Of a DNA stretch of 62,338 nt, positions 9,072-17,787 are shown piece after piece. The stretch lies in the NCBI GenBank assembly GCA_016199545.1, contig JACQGN010000031.1:1-62338 (forward strand), given 5' to 3'. Made by a program: the position numbers and the translations under genes. The notes under the pieces were generated by a model that did not search any database, had not been told where the DNA came from, and saw only the letters and a program-made list of their open reading frames with translations. Numbering within the stretch: the first letter of the stretch is position 1; each line of letters opens with the position of its first letter. The stretch is from Betaproteobacteria bacterium (lineage in GTDB: Bacteria; Pseudomonadota; Gammaproteobacteria; Burkholderiales; SG8-41).

Positions 9072-10625
9072 CTATCGCGCCTTGCGCCCCATAAACCATG
9101 CCGGAATCAATGCCAGCATGAATATCAGCGTAACGATCAGGAAACAGTCGCGAAATGCCAATGTGTGAGCCTGCGCATACAGAACGCGCCCGAGGAAATC
9201 TAGCGCGCCCGCGGATTGCAGTTCAGACGATGCCCCGGCCTGCGTCAGCAGCCGTTCCACTGAATGCAGCAGTTCCGTAGTCGCGCTGTTACCTGCAGTT
9301 TGCATGCTCGTCAGTCTGTCGCTGTAAAAGAAGGTTTGGCGATCAAGCGAGACTGACAGCAGGTTGACGCCAAACGCACCGCCGAGTTGCCGAAAGAAAT
9401 TGATCATACCCGCGCCCTGCCGGAGTTGTGTTGTATGCAGCGAGCGCATCGCACTGGCGTTCAGCGTCGGGTTGATGAGCGCCTGCCCAAGGCGACTTAT
9501 CACGACGCAGGTGAGCATCCACCAGAATGCCGTGTTCACATCGACGTCATGCAGCCAATACGTCGAGACAGCGAAGGACGACAAGCCTGTAATTAGGAGC
9601 GCGCGCGCCGCCAGCCGGTCACACAAATATCCACCCAGCGGCATGAATATCCCTAGAAGCAGAGCGCCCGGCATGAGCAGCAGCCCGGCATCGAGAGGCG
9701 TCAATCCCTGAATTGTCTGTACGAATAAGGGGATGAGGTATGTCGTGCCGAATTGCCCGATTCCGAAGACAACGGCGACGCAGGCTGCCGCAGCAAAGGG
9801 GCCGACCGCCAGCACGCGAAGATGGACCAGCGGCTGCGGCACGTGCAGCTCCCAGACAAGAAACGCGATTCCCGCGCCCGCAGCCACTGCGAGCAATCCC
9901 AGTACGAAATCGGAGCTCCAGCCTTCGCGCTGCCCGTTGGACAACCCAATCAGCAGGCAAGACATCGTCGTGCACAGCAACGCAAAGCCTAGCCAGTCGA
10001 AGTGCGCGCGCTTGGCTGTTTCCTCGCGCTCCGGCATCAACAGGCTGCCCAGGAGGATGCCGACGACGCTGAACGGCAGCCCCATGTAAAAGACGGCGCG
10101 CCAGTCGAAGTGCTCGATCAGGATGCCCCCCACAGTCGGCCCGACTGCAGGTCCGAGGATTGTGTTGATACTGAAGAATCCCATCGCCATCCCACGCTTT
10201 TCCGGCGGGAACACGCTGAACAAGGTATACATCGTCAGCGATTGCAGCACGCCGGCTATCAAGCCTTGAACCACCCGTGCCGCGACCAACGTCAGATCGT
10301 TCGGACTCAGCGCGGCCACCAGCACCGAAACGACAAAGACGCACAGCCCGACAACGAAGGTCTTGCGCTGACCAAAGCTGTCGATCAGCCAGGCGCTTAG
10401 CAACTGTCCGACCGTCTGGCCCGCCAAATTTCCCGTGACTATCCACTGGCCGCGATCCTGCCCGATGCCGAATGCCCCCATGATGTTGGGCAACGCGACG
10501 TTGACTGTCGTGCTGGTCACGATTGCAGATATCGTCCCCAGCAACGCAATCACAGTGACGTAAATGCGATAGCGTGGCCCGTAGCGGGCGAACAGCACCT
10601 CAGTAGTCTCAGCGGTTGCGGACAT
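9072..10625 (-). CDS. MFS transporter, DHA2 (EmrB/QacA-like, 14-TMS) drug:H+ antiporter family
   Basis: 517 aa with many TM segments. The N-terminal pattern TSTTVNVALPNIMGAFG...WIVTGNLAG...DSFGQRKTF is typical of EmrB-type exporters. Confidence 0.8.
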   Translation of the reverse strand: MSATAETTEVLFARYGPRYRIYVTVIALLGTISAIVTSTTVNVALPNIMGAFGIGQDRGQWIVTGNLAGQTVGQLLSAWLIDSFGQRKTFVVGLCVFVVSVLVAALSPNDLTLVAARVVQGLIAGVLQSLTMYTLFSVFPPEKRGMAMGFFSINTILGPAVGPTVGGILIEHFDWRAVFYMGLPFSVVGILLGSLLMPEREETAKRAHFDWLGFALLCTTMSCLLIGLSNGQREGWSSDFVLGLLAVAAGAGIAFLVWELHVPQPLVHLRVLAVGPFAAAACVAVVFGIGQFGTTYLIPLFVQTIQGLTPLDAGLLLMPGALLLGIFMPLGGYLCDRLAARALLITGLSSFAVSTYWLHDVDVNTAFWWMLTCVVISRLGQALINPTLNASAMRSLHTTQLRQGAGMINFFRQLGGAFGVNLLSVSLDRQTFFYSDRLTSMQTAGNSATTELLHSVERLLTQAGASSELQSAGALDFLGRVLYAQAHTLAFRDCFLIVTLIFMLALIPAWFMGRKAR

Positions 10626-11051
10626 CGATGCAGACTTTCACCAGCATGCGTGACCGCAGTGCCCGAGCGGCCTTCGAGAAAATTGTACTAAGTGGCTATC
10701 GGGCTCAAGTCGGCCGAATGCGGCCGGTCGAAGCTGCGGGCTGACGTAGCCCCCATGTTGCATCTAGGCGATAACGATAGGAAAAGCTATCGGCGCGAGT
10801 CGTGAGGAGAATCAGCGCTCAGTTGCCGAGCAATCTAGCCCAACGGTCAGAGCAACGCAAGTGACTGTGCATTCCCGTCGCATGGCTGTCTCGAGGGGGT
10901 CGTTTCCGTACGGCAGCTCAGGCGATCTCGGGAACCGGGTGGCAGGTGAGCGGCAAGTTGGCATGCCGGCACCAACTCGTGGGTCCGACCAGCGCACCTC
11001 GTGTTGCGCGCCTCCAGCGGGATGCTAAACGGCCGCTTCGGAGGAGCGCGA

Positions 11052-11157
11052 CCGGCAGCAACGGGTCGAACGGACCAATTCACGTTTTCGGGAAGCGGAC
11101 ATTCCGGCGGGCTGCCCTGATTGCCTCCCGAGCAGATTGTCAGCGTCCGGTTAGGCC
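11052..11157. repeat. Right copy of the 106-bp inverted repeat
   Basis: Its reverse complement matches 7062-7167 (see left copy). Patchy, gapped similarity continues inward on both sides, for example CAAGTTGCATGC versus CAAGTTGGCATGC. Confidence 0.85.
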
Positions 11158-11396
11158 GAGGACCGGACGTTCATGACGACGTGGTTGACTGGCTACAGCG
11201 GGTCGACTCCTGCCGGTCGCGTTTCCTGAAAGCTGCCGTTCACCGGGAGAAACTAACCAACTGCGACGACCTCGCGCCAGCACCCGGTTTCATCCGATCT
11301 GGCGCGCCAGCCCGGATTGACCCGCGACGCGGTGTGACCCGAAGGGAGGAGTTACGGTAGACTACGCCCCTCCATTTCCAACCAGGACTTCCCGTC

Positions 11397-12212
11397 ATGA
11401 ATGCTCCCGGAACCGTAGTGCAAACGCTGACCGAGAAGCTGGTCGCCCGCAAGGAAGGCGCGATCGGCTGGATCATCTTCAACAATCCCGCCCGCCACAA
11501 TGCGGTCTCGCTCGAGATGTGGCAGTCGCTGCCCATGGTGCTCGACGCTTACGTGCAGGATCCCGAAGTGCGGGTCATCATCCTCAAGGGGGAAGGGGAG
11601 AAAGCATTCATCTCGGGCGCCGACATCTCCCAGTTCAAGGAGAAGCGTTCGAGCGAGGCGGCGTCCAAACTCTACAACGATACCGGTGAAGCCGCGGCCG
11701 CCGCGCTGCGCGGCTGCCCCAAGCCCACCATCGCCATGATCCGCGGCTACTGCATCGGCGGCGGCACGGGCACCGCGATCAACTGCGACATCCGCATCGC
11801 CGCGGACGACGCGCGCTTCGGCGTGCCGGCGGCGAAACTCGGCCTGGGCTACCGCTTCGCCGGCATCAGCCGCCTCGCCACGCTGGTGGGACCCGCGTAC
11901 ACGGCGGAGATTTTCTTCAGCGCGCGGCAGTTCACGGCGCAGGAAGCGCTGCACATGGGGCTCGTCAACCGGGTGGTGCCGGTTGCGGAGCTGGAAGCGA
12001 CGGTGCTGCAACTCGCGCAAACCCTGGCGGTCAATGCGCCGCTCACGATCGCGGCGGTGAAGCGCGCGCTGATCGAGTTTCACAAGGACCCGGCTGTGCG
12101 TGATCTCGACCTGTGCCAGAAGCTGATCGACGACTGTTTCGCGAGCGAGGACTACAAGGAAGGCCAGACCGCGTTCATGGAAAAACGCAAACCCGTGTTC
12201 AGGGGCCGCTGA
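11397..12212 (+). CDS. Enoyl-CoA hydratase/isomerase (crotonase) family protein
   Basis: WIIFNNPARHNAVSLEMW...ILKGEGEKAFISGADISQF...IRGYCIGGG is the crotonase oxyanion-hole pattern. Confidence 0.85.
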   Translation: MNAPGTVVQTLTEKLVARKEGAIGWIIFNNPARHNAVSLEMWQSLPMVLDAYVQDPEVRVIILKGEGEKAFISGADISQFKEKRSSEAASKLYNDTGEAAAAALRGCPKPTIAMIRGYCIGGGTGTAINCDIRIAADDARFGVPAAKLGLGYRFAGISRLATLVGPAYTAEIFFSARQFTAQEALHMGLVNRVVPVAELEATVLQLAQTLAVNAPLTIAAVKRALIEFHKDPAVRDLDLCQKLIDDCFASEDYKEGQTAFMEKRKPVFRGR

Positions 12213-12213
12213 C

Positions 12214-13398
12214 ATGGCGACGAAGCCGCGCAAAGGGCCGCTCGCCCGCTTTACCGTGCTCGATCTCACGCGCGCGCGCTCCGGCCCGACCGCGGTTCGG
12301 CAATTGAGCGACTGGGGCGCCAACGTCATCAAGATCGAAGAGCCGACGAGCCGCGAAAGTCCCATGGACGACCGCCGCCATGGGCCGGATTTCCAGAACC
12401 TGCACCGCAACAAGCGCAGCATCACGCTGAACCTCAAGACGCCCGAGGCGGTGGCGATCTTCAAGCGCATGGCGGAGACCGCCGACGTGATCGTGGAGAA
12501 CTACCGTCCCGGCGTGAAGCACCGCCTCGGCATCGATTACGAGACCATCCGCAAGATCAATCCGCGCATCGTCTACGCGAGCATCAGCGGCTTCGGCCAG
12601 GACGGGCCGTACGCCGACCGCCCCGGACTCGACCAGGTGGCGCAGGGGATGAGCGGGCTGATGTCGATCACCGGCGTGCCGGGCGAGGGCCCGATGCGGG
12701 CGGGCATCGCGATCGGCGATTCGAGCGCCGGCATCTACCTCGCCTTCGGCATCGTCACCGCGCTACTCGAACGGGAAGAAACCGGGGAAGGGCAGTGGGT
12801 CAGCACCTCGCTCCTGCAGGCGCTGATTTCCATGCTCGACTTCCAGGCCGCGCGCTGGCTGGTGGCGCACGACGTGCCGCAGCAGGTCGGCAACGATCAC
12901 CCGATGTACATGCCCACCAGTGCGTTCAGGACCGCGGATGGTTACATCAACATCGCGGGCTCGGGCAACCTCTATCCGCGCCTTTGCAAGGTGATCGGCA
13001 GGCCCGAACTCCTGACGCACCCCGATTTCAGCGACTTCAAGCTGCGGCACAAGAACCGGCGCGCGCTGGTCGCGGCGATCGAGGAGAGCACGACCAGGCG
13101 GCTGTCCGCCGAATGGATCGAGGAATTGAACAAGGCGGGCGTGCCGTGCGGGCCGATCTACAAGTTGAACGAAACCTTCGCCGATCCCCAGGTGCGGCAC
13201 CTCGGCATGGCCGCGCCGACGCGCCATCCCGTCCTGGGTGACATCGAACTGGTTTCGCAAGGCGTGCGACTATCAGGAACGCCGTTCGAAGTCAGGAGCC
13301 CCGCGCCTGATCTCGGTGACCACACGGATGAAGTCCTGCGGGAGTTCGGCTACAAGGACGCCGAAATTTCCGGATTCCGCGAACGCCACGTGTTATAG
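12214..13398 (+). CDS. Family III CoA-transferase (CaiB/BaiF)
   Basis: FTVLDLTRARSGPTAVRQLSDWGANVIKIE and ADVIVENYRPG motifs. The ATG lies 1 nt after the crotonase stop, which suggests an operon. Confidence 0.85.
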   Translation: MATKPRKGPLARFTVLDLTRARSGPTAVRQLSDWGANVIKIEEPTSRESPMDDRRHGPDFQNLHRNKRSITLNLKTPEAVAIFKRMAETADVIVENYRPGVKHRLGIDYETIRKINPRIVYASISGFGQDGPYADRPGLDQVAQGMSGLMSITGVPGEGPMRAGIAIGDSSAGIYLAFGIVTALLEREETGEGQWVSTSLLQALISMLDFQAARWLVAHDVPQQVGNDHPMYMPTSAFRTADGYINIAGSGNLYPRLCKVIGRPELLTHPDFSDFKLRHKNRRALVAAIEESTTRRLSAEWIEELNKAGVPCGPIYKLNETFADPQVRHLGMAAPTRHPVLGDIELVSQGVRLSGTPFEVRSPAPDLGDHTDEVLREFGYKDAEISGFRERHVL

Positions 13399-13470
13399 GC
13401 TGCGGTGGAAGTCGCGGGCCGCGAGCGCGGCTGGACAGGCGAGGGCGGTTCGATTCCGACGGAGGGGGGC

Positions 13471-14547
13471 ATGAATCAGCAACTCGACTACAGCCAGTCA
13501 AAAATCCTGGTGGTCGATGACGAGTCCGGGATCAGGCGCCTGCTCGGCATGGAACTGCGCGCGGCGGGCTATGGCAATGTGACCCTCTGCGGAGATTCCA
13601 GGGAGGTGGTGGAGCTTTACCGGAAGCACCGTTACGATCTCATCCTGCTGGACCTGCGCATGCCCGAGATGGACGGCTATCAGGTGATGTCGGCGCTCAA
13701 GGAGATAGAGACCGAAGGCTACCTGCCCGTGCTCGTGATCACCGCCGACCCGGAAGAGAAAATGAAAGCGCTGCGGGCGGGCGCGAGGGACTTCGTCGCC
13801 AAGCCGTTCGAACGCGCCGAACTGACCTCGCGCGTGAAGAACCTGCTGGAGGTGCGGCTGCTGTATCGCGAACTGCATGCCTACAGCGGGGATCTGGAGC
13901 ACAAAGTCAAGGAGCGCACGGCACGCCTCACCGGCAGCTATCACGAAACGCTGAGGACCATGACGCGCGCGGCGGAGTACCGCGACGACAACACCGGCGC
14001 GCACGTCCGGCGCATCAGCATCTATTCGCGCGAGCTTGGCGCCGCCCTCGGCATGGATGGCGAATTCTGCGAACGGATCTACCACGCGAGCCCGATGCAC
14101 GATATCGGAAAGATCGGCATCCCGGATTCCATCCTGCTGAAAAAGGGGCCGCTTACACCCAAGCAATGGGAGGTGATGCGCACGCACGCGCAGATCGGCG
14201 CGCGCATGCTCATGGACGGCGAGTCGCCCTACCTGAAGATGGGCGCCCAGATCGCGGCCGCGCATCACGAACGCTGGGACGGCACCGGTTACCCGGAGCG
14301 GTTGAAGGGCGATGAAATACCGCTTGCAGCGCGGGTGATGACGGTATGCGACGTGTACGACGCACTGCGATCGGCGCGCCCCTACAAGCCGGCGTTCGAA
14401 CACGACAAGGCGGTCAACGTCATGGTCAAGGGCGACGGCCGCACCCAGCCGGCACATTTCGATCCCGCCGTGCTCGACGCATTCCGTCGCAGCGCGCAGG
14501 TGTTTCGCGACATCTACGCGGCCAACGCCGAGTTGCCGCACGGCTGA
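13471..14547 (+). CDS. Response regulator with HD-GYP output domain (RpfG-like c-di-GMP phosphodiesterase)
   Basis: Receiver domain: KILVVDDESG...DLILLDLRMPEMDG...KP. HD-GYP motifs: HDIGKIGIP...HHERWDGTGYP. GGAGGGGGG RBS before the ATG at 13471. Confidence 0.85.
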   Translation: MNQQLDYSQSKILVVDDESGIRRLLGMELRAAGYGNVTLCGDSREVVELYRKHRYDLILLDLRMPEMDGYQVMSALKEIETEGYLPVLVITADPEEKMKALRAGARDFVAKPFERAELTSRVKNLLEVRLLYRELHAYSGDLEHKVKERTARLTGSYHETLRTMTRAAEYRDDNTGAHVRRISIYSRELGAALGMDGEFCERIYHASPMHDIGKIGIPDSILLKKGPLTPKQWEVMRTHAQIGARMLMDGESPYLKMGAQIAAAHHERWDGTGYPERLKGDEIPLAARVMTVCDVYDALRSARPYKPAFEHDKAVNVMVKGDGRTQPAHFDPAVLDAFRRSAQVFRDIYAANAELPHG

Positions 14548-14564
14548 TCGGGAAATAGCGATAC

Positions 14565-14585
14565 CGGGAATGCCCGGGCTTCCCG
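14565..14585. terminator. Hairpin between convergent genes
   Basis: CGGGAA-TGCCCGGGC-TTCCCG lies in the 51-bp gap between the HD-GYP gene (+) and the 14599 gene (-). Confidence 0.3.
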
Positions 14586-14598
14586 ACTCGCGCAACAC

Positions 14599-15081
14599 TC
14601 AACGGGCGCTTTCCGTCTTCTCGCGCACCGCCGCGCGCAGCATCGGGTAAATGGGAGAGTCGAGAAAGAGGCCTGTGCTCCACACGCGAACCCGGTCATC
14701 GACCAGCAGCACGAAGGCCGGCGCCTTGAGCAATATGGGCGCATAGTTCCTGTTGGCGTCGAATTTGTCGAAAAGGTGGGCGACCTTATCCGGCAGATCG
14801 CCCTTCGTCAATCGATCCTTGGCGGCATAGCGCGTCGCCGTCACGAACTCGATGTGCTTGAATTCGGGCATCTCCGTCAAGCGTCCGCCCTGAAGGTGGT
14901 CGCGCTCCCATTTCCGGCAGTCGGCGCAGTCCTCGGTGCTCAGGTAAAGGAGCCGTATCATGGAGGATGCCTTGGCGCGCATGTTCGCGGGCGGGTGCTT
15001 CGCGCGCGCTTCGTACACCTCCCGTCGCAAGACCTTGTCGAACACCAGTCGAGCCGGCGCCGCGTCCGGTTTCGCCTGCAT
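14599..15081 (-). CDS. Hypothetical protein with CxxC motif (possibly thioredoxin-fold)
   Basis: The protein-like C-terminal 118 aa is MIRLLYLSTEDCADCRKWERDHL...APAFVLLVDDRVRVW. The start is uncertain, with candidates at 15081, 14982 and 14961. The upstream part of the track ORF is Arg-rich and unlikely to be coding. Confidence 0.5.
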   Translation of the reverse strand: MQAKPDAAPARLVFDKVLRREVYEARAKHPPANMRAKASSMIRLLYLSTEDCADCRKWERDHLQGGRLTEMPEFKHIEFVTATRYAAKDRLTKGDLPDKVAHLFDKFDANRNYAPILLKAPAFVLLVDDRVRVWSTGLFLDSPIYPMLRAAVREKTESAR

Positions 15082-15403
15082 CGTGCCAACCAGTCTTGAC
15101 CCCTCCAGCGACAACCGGAAGGCGATCTTACTCGGAAACGAAAGGAGCGTAGCGCGCATTCCGTCGTCGAGAATATCGCGCCCCTCCCCACCTCTTGTCG
15201 GCGACAAATGGCGTCGGAAGGAGAGGACAGATACTCGGCTTTCCCGGTTTACTTTCTGACGCAATCGGTCTACTTGACGATCGATTGCGCGGGCGTGCCC
15301 CTGCATGTCGATCGACTTTCAATCGAACGTCCGCGCATGTAACCCGCTGAAACACTGTCTTAAATCAAGAAAAGTCCACTATGTGTAACGAAAATCTACC
15401 GTT

Positions 15404-15432
15404 TTGTTAGATTTTTTGAAGGCTAACATAAT
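15404..15432 (+). promoter_or_regulatory. Candidate promoter in the AT-rich leader of the T1SS locus
   Basis: TTGTTA, a 17-nt spacer, then CATAAT. It lies inside the only strongly AT-rich tract (about 15350-15470) upstream of the ABC gene. Confidence 0.3.
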
Positions 15433-15485
15433 GATTTCATGTGGAAATTAATCCTTGCCAAGACTGGCAGTCGCGCTTATCGTAA

Positions 15486-17711
15486 TTGGCAATAAGCAAT
15501 AAAACACGCTCTGATCTGCGTTGTCGGTGTGGTCCGGGGGAGGCATCTCTGGCACGCGAATTCACGCTGTCGGCGGAGAACTTTATCTGGGGGCTGCAGA
15601 ATATCTGCCAGCTTCACCGGATCCCCTGTGCGCCTGATCTCGTTCTGCAGCAGTTCCCGCCTCCTTACGATCTTTACTCGCTTCAACACGCTGCGCGTTC
15701 ATTGGGGCTCGAAAGCGGCATACGCGATGTACGCCCGGCACGCCTTTCACAACTCGCGGCGCCGTTCATTGCGGTGCTGCGCCCGGAAGCCCCTGACGCC
15801 AGCGATGCGCGCGCCGAGGGCGCGGGGCCGGTCGCGGAAGGCGACACCCACTTTCTGCTCTCCATCGTCGTCAGATGCACTCCGGCCGGGATCACTTGCC
15901 TCGAGCGTGGTTCAGATTCTCCGGTAACGTGCTCTCTTGCCGACTTCGAGCAGCGCTTTGCGGGCAAGGCCTTCCTGTGCGTGCCCGCGGCGCCGGATCT
16001 CAAAGGCGAAGATGCGGCGCTTGCCGACAGCAGCACGTTCGGTTTCCGCTGGTTCGTGCCGGAACTGCTCAAGCACCGGGCGATCTGGCGCGACGTGCTC
16101 CTTGCCTCGCTCGCAATCCAGTTGATGGCACTGGCGACGCCGATATTCACGCAGGTCGTGATCGACAAGGTCATCGTCCACCACACGACCAGCACGCTCA
16201 CCGTCATCGGCGTTGCGCTGGCGGTCTTCATCATCTTCACGGCGAGCCTGAGCTGGGTGCGCCAGTACCTGGTGCTTCACACCGGCAACCGCATCGATGC
16301 GGTGCTCGGTTCGCGGGTATTCGAGCACCTCTTCAAACTCCCGCCGCGCTACTTCGAGGCCCGGCCGACAGGCGTGCTGGTCGCTCGCGTGCACGGCGTC
16401 GAGACCATCCGGGAGTTCCTCTCCAGCGCCGCGGTCACACTGATCCTGGATGTGCCGTTCCTGCTGATCTTCCTGGCCGTCATGTTTTATTACAGCGTGT
16501 CGCTGACGCTTATCACTGTCTCGGTGCTGCTTGCCATTACGGTGCTGAGTCTTGCGATCACGCCGCTCCTGCGGCGTCGCATCAACAGGCAGTTTCTGCT
16601 CGGCGCGCGCAACCAGGCCTTTCTCACGGAGTACGTGTCGGGAATGGAGACGGTGAAGTCGTTGCAGATGGAGCCGCAGTTGAACGCCCGCTACGGCGAT
16701 TATCTGGCGAGCTACCTCCGATCGACTTTCGCGACCCGCCAGCTTGCCAACAGCTACAACGTCGCCGCTCACGCGCTGGAGCAGGTGATGACCCTTGCCA
16801 TCCTCTGCCTGGGCGCTTGGCTGGTGATGACCAGCAAGGAATTCACGGTCGGTATGCTGGTCGCCTTCCAGATGTTCGCCTCGCGGCTCTCGCAGCCCAT
16901 GTTGCACCTCGTCGGCTTGTGGCAGCAGTTCCAGCAGGCCGATATCGCGGTGAAGCGTCTGGGGGACATCATGAATGCGCCGCCGGAACCCTACTCGGTC
17001 ATCCCGGCACGCGAGGCGAGGGAAGACGGCGCAATCGAAGTACGGGAAGCGGGTTTCCGTTACGCGGAGAATCTGCCGTATTTGTTTCGTAACCTCAATT
17101 TCACCATCAAGCCGCACACGTGCACCGCAATCATGGGCCCCTCAGGCAGCGGCAAGAGCACGCTCGCGAAGCTATTCCAAGGGTTCTACCTCGTCACAGA
17201 TGGCGCCATTCATCTCGACGGACTCGATGTCCGCCACCTTTCGGCCAACGAACTGCGGCAACACTTCGGCGTCGTCCCCCAGGAGACGGTCTTGTTCAGC
17301 GGTACGGTGTACGAGAATCTGACCCTCGCGAATCCGCATGCAAGTTTCGAGCGTGTGGTGCAGGCGTGCAAGCTCGCAGAGATCCATGAATTCATCGAGA
17401 AACTCCCCAAGGGTTATCAGACCGAGATCGGCGAGCACGGCGTTGGACTCTCCGGCGGCCAAAAACAGCGGATCGCCATCGCCCGAGCATTGCTGAAACG
17501 GCCGAAGATCTTGATCTTCGACGAGGCAACCAGCAGCCTCGATCAGCCCACCGCCGAGCAGTTCGCGCGAACCGTCAACCGGCTCAAAGGCAAGGTCACG
17601 ATGATTTTCATCGCGCACCAGTTGCCGAAAGGGCTGCAGGTGGACAATGTCTTTCAGCTCGGCGCACCCGGGCGACAGATGGGGGTCGTGGGAGAGGAGA
17701 GGAGGGAATGA
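15486..17711 (+). CDS. Type I secretion system ABC transporter (HlyB family) with N-terminal C39-like domain
   Basis: The N-terminus aligns by eye to the HlyB C39-like domain (FIWGLQNICQLHRIP...AARSLGLESG...FIAVL). It is followed by 6 TM helices, Walker A GPSGSGKST, the signature LSGGQKQRIAIARAL and Walker B ILIFDEATSSLD. The only in-frame canonical start is the TTG at 15486. Confidence 0.9.
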   Translation: MAISNKTRSDLRCRCGPGEASLAREFTLSAENFIWGLQNICQLHRIPCAPDLVLQQFPPPYDLYSLQHAARSLGLESGIRDVRPARLSQLAAPFIAVLRPEAPDASDARAEGAGPVAEGDTHFLLSIVVRCTPAGITCLERGSDSPVTCSLADFEQRFAGKAFLCVPAAPDLKGEDAALADSSTFGFRWFVPELLKHRAIWRDVLLASLAIQLMALATPIFTQVVIDKVIVHHTTSTLTVIGVALAVFIIFTASLSWVRQYLVLHTGNRIDAVLGSRVFEHLFKLPPRYFEARPTGVLVARVHGVETIREFLSSAAVTLILDVPFLLIFLAVMFYYSVSLTLITVSVLLAITVLSLAITPLLRRRINRQFLLGARNQAFLTEYVSGMETVKSLQMEPQLNARYGDYLASYLRSTFATRQLANSYNVAAHALEQVMTLAILCLGAWLVMTSKEFTVGMLVAFQMFASRLSQPMLHLVGLWQQFQQADIAVKRLGDIMNAPPEPYSVIPAREAREDGAIEVREAGFRYAENLPYLFRNLNFTIKPHTCTAIMGPSGSGKSTLAKLFQGFYLVTDGAIHLDGLDVRHLSANELRQHFGVVPQETVLFSGTVYENLTLANPHASFERVVQACKLAEIHEFIEKLPKGYQTEIGEHGVGLSGGQKQRIAIARALLKRPKILIFDEATSSLDQPTAEQFARTVNRLKGKVTMIFIAHQLPKGLQVDNVFQLGAPGRQMGVVGEERRE

Positions 17712-17787
17712 GGAATGCAGTAGGACTACGCTCCGATACTCCGATCAGCCCGCAGGAAGGCTTCACCAATTCGTACTGAGGGAACGC

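Noticed and set aside
7062-11157. Calling the inverted-repeat-bounded segment an intact transposon.
   Set aside because: There is no transposase gene, the integrase is decayed, and the sequences flanking the repeats show no target-site duplication.
17647-17787. Upstream extension of the 934-aa track ORF, overlapping the ABC gene end.
   Set aside because: The first 47 codons are not protein-like. The ATG at 17788 has a GAGGGA RBS and yields a signal-peptide-like N-terminus.
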